The notes beneath the pieces were generated by a model. That model saw only the letters and a program-made list of their open reading frames with translations. It did not search any database and was not told the origin of the DNA. Shown piece by piece: positions 57,901 to 64,000 of a stretch of DNA of 64,000 nt; position 1 is the first letter of the stretch, and each line of letters begins with the position of its first letter. The translations under genes were made by a program, and so were the position numbers. Source of the stretch: [Archangium] primigenium (GTDB taxonomy: Bacteria; Myxococcota; Myxococcia; Myxococcales; Myxococcaceae); assembly GCF_016904885.1 (NCBI RefSeq), contig NZ_JADWYI010000001.1, positions 7,241,224 to 7,305,223 of the forward strand, read 5' to 3'.

Positions 57901-57928
57901 CCGTGGCTTGACGTCGCGGGAGGATTGA
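51974..57928 (+). CDS. Giant secreted/surface protein (1984 aa). It is a tandem paralog of the upstream gene with the same ELWxxDGT-HYR-Ig-cadherin-like-PKD-MYXO-CTERM architecture
   Basis: MRWLRYAVVVLAVVACS is the signal peptide. The C-terminal two thirds are about 90% identical to the upstream paralog at the protein level. The tail is CGCGTSGDASGLLALLGLGLLSGRRAPR. Confidence 0.85.
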   Translation: MRWLRYAVVVLAVVACSRPEPVPPVETMPSVSREVAGSSRAGLVSASARLVKDINPRTASANPRELTNIQGTVYFSASDGMTGSELWKSDGTAAGTVLLKDIHPGPGDSAPRNLINVNGTLYFSATNGIHGHELWKSDGTAAGTVLVQDIFPGADGSDPNQLTDVNGTLFFSATNGTHGYEVWKSDGTAAGTVLLKDIFPGQVHSSPSSLTNVNGTLFFSALDDVNGQGLWKSDGTAAGTVLVKDINPSANYSNSHSLTNVNGMLYFSAEDGVHGMELWKSDGTAAGTVLVQDIFPGSFNGNPRGLTNVQGTLYFSASDDSTNRELWKSDGTAAGTVRVKDIRPGGAGASPEFLTHVNGMLYFSAEDGVNGRELWKSDGTTAGTVLVQDIVMGSGSSTPEELKNVNGTLYFTIRTASRWELWKSDGTAAGTILFKALSPIGSGPLYLTDVNGTAWFSINVDGKGTELWKSDGTPSGLVMIRDINTNTEDALPSRLTNVNGMLYFAARDDSGRAELWKSDGTTAGTVVHYLDPGAPSPNPLELTNVNGTLFFSASEGTNGRELWKSDGTAAGTRLVKDIFPGVNSSNPSNLTNVNGTLFFVASNGTNGQELWKSDGTAAGTVLVKDILPGSGPSSPSNLTNANGTLFFSANDGQRGTELWKSDGTTAGTVLVKDLLPGANDGSPQLLTNINGTLFFVATDDTNGQELWKSDGTAAGTVLVKDIFPGTRGSFPNGLTNLDGTLYLSATDGTNGQELWKSDGTAAGTVLVQDIVPGALGSNPSRLTNAQGTLYFSAWSEANGQELWKSDGTAAGALLVKDIFPGTRGSAPTSLMNSGSTLYFSADDGTTGRELWMSDGTAAGTVLVQDIFPGPTGSEPLYLTQARGAVFFSAASLAHGRELWAVGGDSVPPTVTCPAQQDALATSAAGATVTYPPATATDDQTASPRLTYSVASGALFPLGDTRVTVTATDDAGNTAQCGFTVSVLPPPPTVTAPVDGTSSLAPVLISGTALAGAEVHVLEGTTVLRSLATNTDGAFSGGLALESRVYSLRFVQTLNGFTSTPTGPRTVFVRPPPPSLSHPEDGLVTTNPSVPLLVRGLPDATLTVREGTAVLATLAIDEVGNFAGSLALGHGVHVLRFTQTTSGGTSDDVVRTVTRRPSAPVLTRPTSGTSLVGPTVRVEGTGAPGATAQVLEAGAVVGTFPVASGGTFVGDLALAYGPHQLTAVQVEGGQTSPASAPVSFEVRPAAPQVSSPTEGATFDGPTVAVTGTGAPGAQVQVREARMVLASFAVGASGDFSGEVELEPGTHSLSFVQKAGGATSDATGPRNVSVRPAAPVLSSPAANARVLGPQVLLQGTALAGARVFAEQAGVALGSTSADAARTFRLSVTLAYGPHSIALRQERGGATSLARTAAFTVIPAPPVLSQPLDGATVGNTVEVRGTALPRARVTLRDGAEVLAQLDADTSGTFLLDVSLSYGPHTLTAVQRVQGEDSDPSAPVHLTTVFNRAPVADAQELSVEEDGRLAVTLTAQDADDDALTFSVGTPPAHGSLEGTPPALTYVPAPDFHGADRFTFAVSDGQAEATATVRLTVTPVNDAPVAHALSATTGEGQSISLTLSGSDIDGDTLTYVVVTAPEHGGLQGTPPALTYTPAPGFAGTDFFTFRVKDGQLDSPPATVSLRVLATALTVSVSDLSPLEGSPVAFSATLADASATPVFSWDFGDGTTSTEPAPRHAFPDNGVYTVRVSATDADGTRQASVVLTVRNAPPVVTSLFLYERVLEAQEVKLSALAEDPAGDADTLTYTWDFGDGSPPALGSTVRHAFRDDGAFTVVLTVRDEDGGETWKQATLTVTNVPPTTTAPERQFIQVGESLSLQLAASDVAGEADPLTWTKLSGPGAVTPEGLFTWVPTAQEVGEASIELQVSDDEGGSAEVTLVVEVSRLETEPPAGCGCGTSGDASGLLALLGLGLLSGRRAPRSRGRGLTSRED
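52150..54690 (+). repeat. Intragenic tandem array of about 120-nt ELWxxDGT repeat units, about 28 copies, in the second paralog
   Basis: The same periodic motif is present as in the first paralog. Confidence 0.7.
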
Positions 57929-57943
57929 ACTGAAAGGCCCGCC

Positions 57944-58681
57944 ATGACGACCTCCCCTTCGCTTCCCCGGCTCGTGCTGTGCGAGCTTGCAGACTCCGGC
58001 ATCCCGGGCCTGGAGAGCGTCTCGCCGTTCTGCCTGAAGGCGCACCGCGCGCTGAAGTACCTGGGCCTGCCTTACGAGCGGCGCCACGGCATGCCCGGCA
58101 GCTTCAAGAAGCACTTCTCGACCGGCCAGGTGCCCGTGCTCCTCGTGGGCGAGCACGAGGCGGTGGGCGACTCCACGGACATCCTCGCGCGGCTCGAATC
58201 GCTCGCGGGGCGTCCCTTCCTCGACCCCCCGGACGCGCGGCTCAAGGGAGAGGCGCTGGTGTGGGAGGAGTACGCCGACACGTCGCTCGCCGGCTTCCTC
58301 ATCGCCGCGCGCTGGGCCGACACGCACAACTGGCCGCTGCTGCGCGACAACATCCTCGCCAGCATCCCCCCGCCGCTGCGCGGCCTCATCGGGGGAAGGA
58401 TCCGCAAGAACGTGCTCGCCGCGCTCGTGGCGCGGGATGTCTGGCGCGCGGGCCCGGACGCCTGCTGGCGGCGCTTCCAACAGCAGCTCGACGCCCTGGA
58501 GGCCCGCGCCCCCGAGGAGGGCTTCTGGCTTGGCGCCTTCTCGGTCGCGGACCTGGGCCTGTTCGCCCAGCTCCACAGCCTCCGCCAACCGCTCACCCCC
58601 TGGCAGCGCGATCAGGTCTCCGCGCGCTCCCGGCTTTCCCGGTACGTGGACCGGGTAGACGCGGCCACGCGAGGGGCGTGA
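57944..58681 (+). CDS. Glutathione S-transferase family protein
   Basis: A thioredoxin-like N-terminal domain (SPFCLKAHRALKYLGLPYE...QVPVLLVGEHEAVGDSTDILARL) is followed by a helical C-terminal domain. Confidence 0.75.
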   Translation: MTTSPSLPRLVLCELADSGIPGLESVSPFCLKAHRALKYLGLPYERRHGMPGSFKKHFSTGQVPVLLVGEHEAVGDSTDILARLESLAGRPFLDPPDARLKGEALVWEEYADTSLAGFLIAARWADTHNWPLLRDNILASIPPPLRGLIGGRIRKNVLAALVARDVWRAGPDACWRRFQQQLDALEARAPEEGFWLGAFSVADLGLFAQLHSLRQPLTPWQRDQVSARSRLSRYVDRVDAATRGA

Positions 58682-58775
58682 ACAACGCACCGCACCACGC
58701 CCCCAGCGGCCGGAGGAGCGACCCCGGCGCACCGGGAACTGGACGGGCATGCCCGGGATATAGGATGTCCCCGGG

Positions 58776-60125
58776 ATGAGGACGCGCAGGCCCCTGGTCA
58801 TCGTCGACGCACTCGCCTCGCTGGCCAACGCCTTCAAGGCCATTTTTCCGGGCAGCACCACGACCTCGCTGTCGGCGGCGGAGCTCGCCATGCAGGTCGA
58901 GGCGATGGGCCCGCGCGCGGCCCTCAAGCCCAAGGTGGTGCCGCTGGACGAGACCCGGCTCGCGGCGCTGCTCTACTTCGATCAACCCACGCCCCAGGCC
59001 GGCCTGCTCATCGATCTGTGGCGCCCGGTGCGCACGAGCGACAGCCACTTCGCGCGCGCCTTCTGCCGCGTCTTCAACGACGACCTGAACCACGTCTCCG
59101 ACGCCCTGCACCTCAACGAGCACTGGGCCTCGCTCGAGCAGACGCGCCTGCGCCGCGCCGTGGCGCGCTTCCTCAACTACCGGCCGCGCCAGATGTCCAA
59201 CTGGATCCGCGCCGTGGAGGACTCCATGGCCCTCACCTACGAGGGCCGCGCCGTGCGCCACTGCCTCATCGTCGCGCGCAAGGCGCCCAAGCTCGTGCAG
59301 AAGCTGCAGAACAAGTTCATCCCCCTGCCCAGCGGCATCTCCATCGAGAACGCGCTCTTGCGCGAGAAGTGGATCCGCACCGTGGTGGACGGGCGCCGCG
59401 TGGCGCTGCTCGGCAGCATGCACTCCGGCAGCATCATCGGCTTCATCTCGCTCGCCGAGGTGGACCGCAACGACGCCGCGCTGCGCTATGCCCCCCACGA
59501 GACGCTGGTGCCCGTGCAGGCGGTGCTGGGCCACTCCGCGCATGACGTGGCGCTGGTGGCCTCGCCGCAGAACGATCTCTTCATCCTCAGTGGCAAGGGC
59601 TCGGTGTTCCAGAAGAGCCACGGCCACTGGCGGGTGCTGGACTACGAGGCGCTGCACGAGCGGCTGTCGGTGCGCTTTCGCGAGGACGTGGTCATCGGCG
59701 TGCTCCGGGCCGCCATCGATCTGTCCTTCGAGCGCACGGGCGCGCTCTTCTGCCTGCTCGACTCGCGCGAGGACTTGACGGACTTCATCCCGGACCATGG
59801 CCACGCGCTGGCGGCCAACTCGCACCTGCGGCGCAGCCTGCGGGGACAGAACATCTCCGTCTGGGCGCAGCGCCAGGTCATCACCGCCGCGGCGGCCACG
59901 GATGGCGCCGTGGTGCTCGACAAGGACGGCAGCGTGCTGGACATCGCGTGCATGATCTCCAGCCCCAAGGAGATCGCCCGGCTCGGGCTGCGCGAGCCCA
60001 GCATGCCCGGGGCCCGGGCGCTCGCGGCGTGGCGGGCGAGCTTCCGGGGCGTGGCCCTCAACGTCTCCGAGGACGGTCCCATCACCGTCTACGAGCGCGG
60101 GGCCACCATCGGCCGCATCGGGTAG
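58776..60125 (+). CDS. Hypothetical protein with a C-terminal DisA_N/DAC (diadenylate cyclase)-like domain in which the RHR motif is replaced (GARALAA)
   Basis: GALFCLLD...TDGAVVLDKDGSVLDIAC...GARALAAW..ALNVSEDGPITVY aligns to DAC blocks GALIVI / HDGAVII / GTRHRAA / VSEETG. The N-terminal ~250 aa are of unknown function. Confidence 0.6.
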   Translation: MRTRRPLVIVDALASLANAFKAIFPGSTTTSLSAAELAMQVEAMGPRAALKPKVVPLDETRLAALLYFDQPTPQAGLLIDLWRPVRTSDSHFARAFCRVFNDDLNHVSDALHLNEHWASLEQTRLRRAVARFLNYRPRQMSNWIRAVEDSMALTYEGRAVRHCLIVARKAPKLVQKLQNKFIPLPSGISIENALLREKWIRTVVDGRRVALLGSMHSGSIIGFISLAEVDRNDAALRYAPHETLVPVQAVLGHSAHDVALVASPQNDLFILSGKGSVFQKSHGHWRVLDYEALHERLSVRFREDVVIGVLRAAIDLSFERTGALFCLLDSREDLTDFIPDHGHALAANSHLRRSLRGQNISVWAQRQVITAAAATDGAVVLDKDGSVLDIACMISSPKEIARLGLREPSMPGARALAAWRASFRGVALNVSEDGPITVYERGATIGRIG

Positions 60126-60167
60126 CGCTCCGGGCGGGTCTATGCTGTCGCCCCCGCCTCCGGAGCC

Positions 60168-61049
60168 TTGTCCATGAAACGTCTGCTGTCGCTGGCCGTG
60201 TTGTGCCTCGCCCCGCTGTCCGCCTCCGCCAACAGCTCCACCGCGAGCTTCTCCAACGAGGGGCTCAAGCTGCTCAAGTCCGAGAAGATCCGCATGGCGC
60301 GCGAGGAGCTTTTCGTCTCGGCCGAGCGCATCCGGGTGCGCTACACCTTCGAGAACCTGACGCCCCAGCCCATCAAGACCCTGGTCGCCTTTCCCTTCCC
60401 CGACACGGACTTGATGGTGGACACGGACGTGTCCGAGGTCGGGGCGTTCACGCTCACCATCGGCGGCAAGCGCCAGGAGACGCGGCGCGAGACGACCTAC
60501 ACGGTCCAGGGAAAGAAGCGCGACAAGGCCCAGGCCGAGGCCCTCGTCCACGCGGAGCAGGCCCGGCGCGAGAGCGACGAGGACTCGCCCACGCCGGGCT
60601 TCACCGCCCGCGAGCAGCACGTGGAGCTCTGGGAGCAGGAGTTTCCTCCCGGCAAGGGGCTCGAGGTGGAGATCTCCTACACGCCGTCCGTGGGAGGCGA
60701 TCTCGGGTGGGACCGCGACACCTACAAGAACAAGCGGCTGCGCGAGAAGTTCTGCATCGATGCCACCACCGTGAAGGCGCTCGACAAGACGCTGGCGCGC
60801 AACGCGGCGGCCGATCCGGAAGGGCAGGCCTCCGGCGGGCGGCTCCAGTGGCTGTCCTACGTGCTGGTCACGGCCAACAACTGGGCGGGGCCCATCGGGG
60901 AGTTCCACCTGACGCTGGAGAAGTCCTCGCCCACCGACGTGCTCTCCACCTGCATCGACGGCCTGAAGAAGACGAGCCCCGTGCGCTTCGAGCTCACCCG
61001 GAAGGACTTCCGCCCCGATCGGGATCTCCAGATGATCCTCTTTCGGTAA
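60168..61049 (+). CDS. Secreted hypothetical protein (signal peptide MSMKRLLSLAVLCLAPLSASA)
   Basis: Composition is natural, with charged Lys/Glu/Arg-rich segments. Confidence 0.65.
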   Translation: MSMKRLLSLAVLCLAPLSASANSSTASFSNEGLKLLKSEKIRMAREELFVSAERIRVRYTFENLTPQPIKTLVAFPFPDTDLMVDTDVSEVGAFTLTIGGKRQETRRETTYTVQGKKRDKAQAEALVHAEQARRESDEDSPTPGFTAREQHVELWEQEFPPGKGLEVEISYTPSVGGDLGWDRDTYKNKRLREKFCIDATTVKALDKTLARNAAADPEGQASGGRLQWLSYVLVTANNWAGPIGEFHLTLEKSSPTDVLSTCIDGLKKTSPVRFELTRKDFRPDRDLQMILFR

Positions 61050-61185
61050 TGCGGGGAAAACGAGGCGCTGAAACCCACGCGTGCCTCGCGCCACGGCGCT
61101 CGCGCTGACGCAATCGATCGGAAGGCGGTCCGTAGAGGAGAGACCGCGCGGTCATGCGGATGCTCTCGCTCCAGGGGTCGCCTCC

Positions 61186-61704
61186 ATGTCGTCGTCTCTC
61201 GTGCATTCCTTCCTCGCGGTCCTCCTGCTCGCCACGCCCGCCCTGGCGGAGGAGCAGGGAGAGGCCGCGCTGCAAGACTCCACCTGTTCCATCAGCGTCA
61301 AGAAGGGGGACCTGGTGTCCCGGGGCGTGAAGTTGATCGTCGAGGGAGACCAGCACACCCATGACGCGGTGGCGCTGGACGGCAACGTGGTGGTGCGCGC
61401 CGGGGCCACGGTGAAGGACGTGGTGGCCATGCGCGGCAACGTCACCGTGGAGAAGGGCGCGCGGATCACCGGCAAGGTGGTGGCGCTCGGCGGCGATGTC
61501 CGGGTCGCCGAGGGCGCCATCCTCGAGGGAGAAGTGTCCGCCCTGGGTGGACAGGTCCACGCCGCGCCGGGGGCGCAGCTCCTCGGGGACAAGAACGAGC
61601 TGTCCCTGCAGATCAACGGCAAGGATCCCGTCCAGCTGTTCATGGGCCAGCTCTTCTCGGGCAAGGGCTTCGCCCACTGCAAGCTGCGCATCACCGCGGA
61701 CTGA
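61186..61704 (+). CDS. Secreted beta-helix repeat protein (bactofilin-like G.V.V..G..V repeats, but with a signal peptide)
   Basis: The signal peptide is MSSSLVHSFLAVLLLATPALA. About 18-aa repeats GNVVVRAGATVKDVVAMRGNVTVEKGARITGKVVALGGDVRVAEGAILEGEVSALGGQVHA follow it. Confidence 0.55.
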   Translation: MSSSLVHSFLAVLLLATPALAEEQGEAALQDSTCSISVKKGDLVSRGVKLIVEGDQHTHDAVALDGNVVVRAGATVKDVVAMRGNVTVEKGARITGKVVALGGDVRVAEGAILEGEVSALGGQVHAAPGAQLLGDKNELSLQINGKDPVQLFMGQLFSGKGFAHCKLRITAD

Positions 61705-62299
61705 GCGCGGACGCCTCCGCCGGGGCGGCCTCCTGCGGCGGGTAGAGCACCTGTCGGCCCTGCAGTTGGGCGAAGGGCGTGAGCGTGTGCGGCTCGGCCC
61801 GGGTGCGGCGGGTGATGTGCAGCACCTGCACGCCTCGGGCGTACAGCGCATCCGCCACGAGCGAACGGTGGCACCGCCAACGCACCGCCTCGGCGCACAT
61901 GAGCGCCAGGGGCCCGTCCGGGGTGAGCGCCCGCAGTTCCTCGAGGCCCTGAGCGAACGCGTCCGTGAGCATGTGGTCCGCGTAGCCCCGGAAGCTGGCG
62001 TTGCGCCACGCGCCATTGGGAGAGTCCGCACGCGCGCGTCGCAGCCCTCCGAGCGCCGCGAGGTGCACGTACCGGATGTCCGCCGCCGCGAGGGTCCGGG
62101 GCAGCGTGTCCCGGTTGAACTGGGGATGGGTGCGCGAGCGGGGCACCGTGCGGATGTCCACCAGGGTCTGGATGCCGTGCGCCTGGAGCAGGCCCACCAG
62201 TTCCTCCGCCGAGCGCGTGGAGTGGCCCACCGTGTAGATGCGCGCCTGGCCCCACCCCGGCGCGCGCCGTTTCGGCTGTTCCGTGCGTCCCTTGTGCAT
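61691..62299 (-). CDS. DUF488 family protein
   Basis: IYTVGHSTRSAEELVGLLQAHGIQTLVDIRTVPRSR..P.F...L...L....I.YVHL..LGG.R is the strong DUF488 signature. ATG 62299 has a GGGGAG RBS. Confidence 0.8.
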   Translation of the reverse strand: MHKGRTEQPKRRAPGWGQARIYTVGHSTRSAEELVGLLQAHGIQTLVDIRTVPRSRTHPQFNRDTLPRTLAAADIRYVHLAALGGLRRARADSPNGAWRNASFRGYADHMLTDAFAQGLEELRALTPDGPLALMCAEAVRWRCHRSLVADALYARGVQVLHITRRTRAEPHTLTPFAQLQGRQVLYPPQEAAPAEASALSPR

Positions 62300-62429
62300 G
62301 GTCGGGCTCCCCGGGGGAAGCTGGGCATGGCGCTGGGACGAGGACAGGGCGCGGTGCCCGCCTGGCCGCTGGGCGGCGGGCGCGCGGCGGCGTATATCCC
62401 CTTTTCCGGACCTGCCAGGAGGCGTGCAC

Positions 62430-62777
62430 ATGGGGTTGAGCGCGGAGGCGCTGCGGCTCTTGAGGAAGGGCCTGGTGGTGTGCGCCGAGGTTCCCGCCTC
62501 GTCCGCGGAGTACGTGGCCTGGGTGGGCGTGCACCCCTTCGTGGACATGCGGCGCGTGGGCAAGTGCGGGGCCTCCGGGGTCGGCAAGACGCGCTTCGCC
62601 ATCCGGGGCTGCGAGGCCCCGCGCGCGTCGGTGGAGGCGGGGCACGAGCTCACGGGCACGCTGACGAACGAGCGCGAGGAGATCGTGCACTCGGAGGCGC
62701 AGGTCGAGGCCGTGCTCGCCACGTGGGGCATCGACGCGGCGATCCTGGAGCGCGACCGCGCCCCCTACCCCTACTAG
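62430..62777 (+). CDS. Small hypothetical protein (115 aa)
   Basis: An AGGAGG RBS lies 12 nt upstream of ATG 62430. Composition is natural. Confidence 0.5.
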   Translation: MGLSAEALRLLRKGLVVCAEVPASSAEYVAWVGVHPFVDMRRVGKCGASGVGKTRFAIRGCEAPRASVEAGHELTGTLTNEREEIVHSEAQVEAVLATWGIDAAILERDRAPYPY

Positions 62778-63604
62778 CGGACCCCGTTGGGGCAGACCGC
62801 CTGGGGGGTCTTGCCATCGTTGGCGGGGCTGTTGTCCTTGAACCAGACCCGTTGCACGTTGTGGGGTTCCAGCTCCTTGCCGAGCTTGAGCATGACGGCC
62901 GGATCCGAGCTGTTCCACTGCCCGACCGTGCGGTCCTTGAAGTGATCCCAGCGGATCCATCCCCGGCCCCGCGCGTACCAGAAGCGCTCCGCCTCCACCG
63001 GGTTGAAGAACTCCGGCCGGTTGCGGTCATCGGAGAGCCAGTGGTAGCGGTCGATGATCACGACGTCGATGACGGACAGGCTCCCGCCCACGTTGATGGG
63101 GCCCTGGTAGCGCAGGAAGTGCCGTCCGTGCGCCCAGGGGATGGCGTCCTTGTAGCGACAGGTGCTCTTGTCGAAGTACCTCGCCGTGGCGTTGAAGGGG
63201 AGCTCCTGACCGACCTTCCACACGCGCGGGTAGTACAGGGCGCCGTAGGGCGAGGCATCGTAGGAGTCGCCCGGAGAGCCCGGCGGGGCGGACGTGTCCC
63301 GTTCGAGCGCGATCTTGTCCGCGGAGATGCGGTAGCGCTCCCACACCGTCCGGTCCCGCTGCTTGAGGTAGTAGAAGGCGTTGACGGGCGCGGGCACCAG
63401 GAAGTCTTCCTGGAGGACCTGGTCGGAGCCTCCGGACTGGAAGGCATGGCCCGTGTTGAACATGAACTCCGTCACCAGGTCCCACACCTGTCCGGTGTCC
63501 GTGGTGGTGGGCGGGGCACGGGTGCCCGCGTGAGCGGACCCCGCGAACAGCAGTCCGAGCCAGGTGAAGGCCACCGCGGCGGCCAGGTGGGGGTGTACGG
63601 GCAT
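62774..63604 (-). CDS. Secreted hypothetical protein (276 aa), Trp/Tyr/Asp/Arg-rich
   Basis: The signal peptide is MPVHPHLAAAVAFTWLGLLFAGSAHA. Composition is natural. Confidence 0.6.
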   Translation of the reverse strand: MPVHPHLAAAVAFTWLGLLFAGSAHAGTRAPPTTTDTGQVWDLVTEFMFNTGHAFQSGGSDQVLQEDFLVPAPVNAFYYLKQRDRTVWERYRISADKIALERDTSAPPGSPGDSYDASPYGALYYPRVWKVGQELPFNATARYFDKSTCRYKDAIPWAHGRHFLRYQGPINVGGSLSVIDVVIIDRYHWLSDDRNRPEFFNPVEAERFWYARGRGWIRWDHFKDRTVGQWNSSDPAVMLKLGKELEPHNVQRVWFKDNSPANDGKTPQAVCPNGVR

Positions 63605-63667
63605 CGTCTCGCTCCAGGTGAAGGCGTTCAGCGAGCAGGACGCACCGCGCCTGGAATGTGACGTGTG

Positions 63668-63997
63668 TCAGGACCGCGGGCCCGAGGCCCGCCGCCGCGC
63701 GCGCCACGTGGCCAGCGCGGGCCAGGCCCCCGTGAGCAGCACCGGCAACCAGCCCGGCACGCCCACCCACGAGGCCGCCGCCTTCTCCGGGCTGCTCACC
63801 GGCAGGCGCATGGGCGGGTACTCCTCCTGGATGAGCCAGAAGCCCCAGTCGTTCCAGCGCGAGCGCGGCACCGGGCGCCGGGGGGCCTGGAAGAGCGCGG
63901 CTCCCGGGTCGAGGAGCTCCAACGGCCGCTCGGGCGGCAGCCGGTACTGGTCCGCGCCGAGCAGGAAGGAGCCATTGCCGGGCCAGCGCAGCCGCAC
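63668..63997 (-). CDS. Possible partial CDS running off the window end, product unknown
   Basis: The ORF is open to the window edge. Composition is ambiguous (P/R/W-rich). Confidence 0.25.
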   Translation of the reverse strand: MRLRWPGNGSFLLGADQYRLPPERPLELLDPGAALFQAPRRPVPRSRWNDWGFWLIQEEYPPMRLPVSSPEKAAASWVGVPGWLPVLLTGAWPALATWRARRRASGPRS

Positions 63998-64000
63998 ATG

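Overview
This is a high-GC (~68-70%) chromosomal window that is almost certainly from a myxobacterium (Myxococcales). The evidence for that is two giant MYXO-CTERM proteins, DUF4388 proteins, and a Ser/Thr-kinase-STAND-TPR protein. Housekeeping genes are dense: serC, pepA, pyrF, lpxC, ruvB, ruvA, ruvC, yebC, and an rtcR/rtcBA RNA-repair locus for which I predict a sigma-54 promoter. The long ORFs antisense to these genes have a GC-skewed R/G/A/H/L-rich composition and I rejected them.

The most interesting feature is a compact, translationally coupled three-gene operon on the minus strand at 11665-13561. It encodes a lipobox-signal precursor peptide with Met/His-rich repeats and a C-terminal EHGCGGGGCGSSGCGGKK tail, then a DUF692 (MbnB/TglH-type, MNIO) enzyme, then a DUF2063 partner. 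That architecture matches a bufferin/oxazolin/methanobactin-like ribosomal peptide metallophore system, but the precursor class does not look like the named ones. A DUF2083-XRE regulator plus TPR operon sits divergently next to it, and a TauE/DUF1634 pair lies nearby.

Other notable items:
- A bona fide major vault protein (MVP) homolog (30864-33137, minus strand) sits in a ~5.9 kb insertion that separates ruvB from ruvA/ruvC. The same insertion carries a lower-GC trio of small genes.
- Two tandem ~6 kb paralogous giant surface proteins (ELWxxDGT repeats, HYR, Ig-like, cadherin-like, PKD, MYXO-CTERM) share a conserved palindromic upstream element.
- A lipoprotein carries three C-terminal knottin-like cysteine modules.
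- One protein has a DisA_N-like domain that has lost the RHR motif.
- Short start/stop overlaps (ATGA or GTGA) recur at six gene junctions.

All coordinates and family assignments come from reading the translations by eye. No database search was run.
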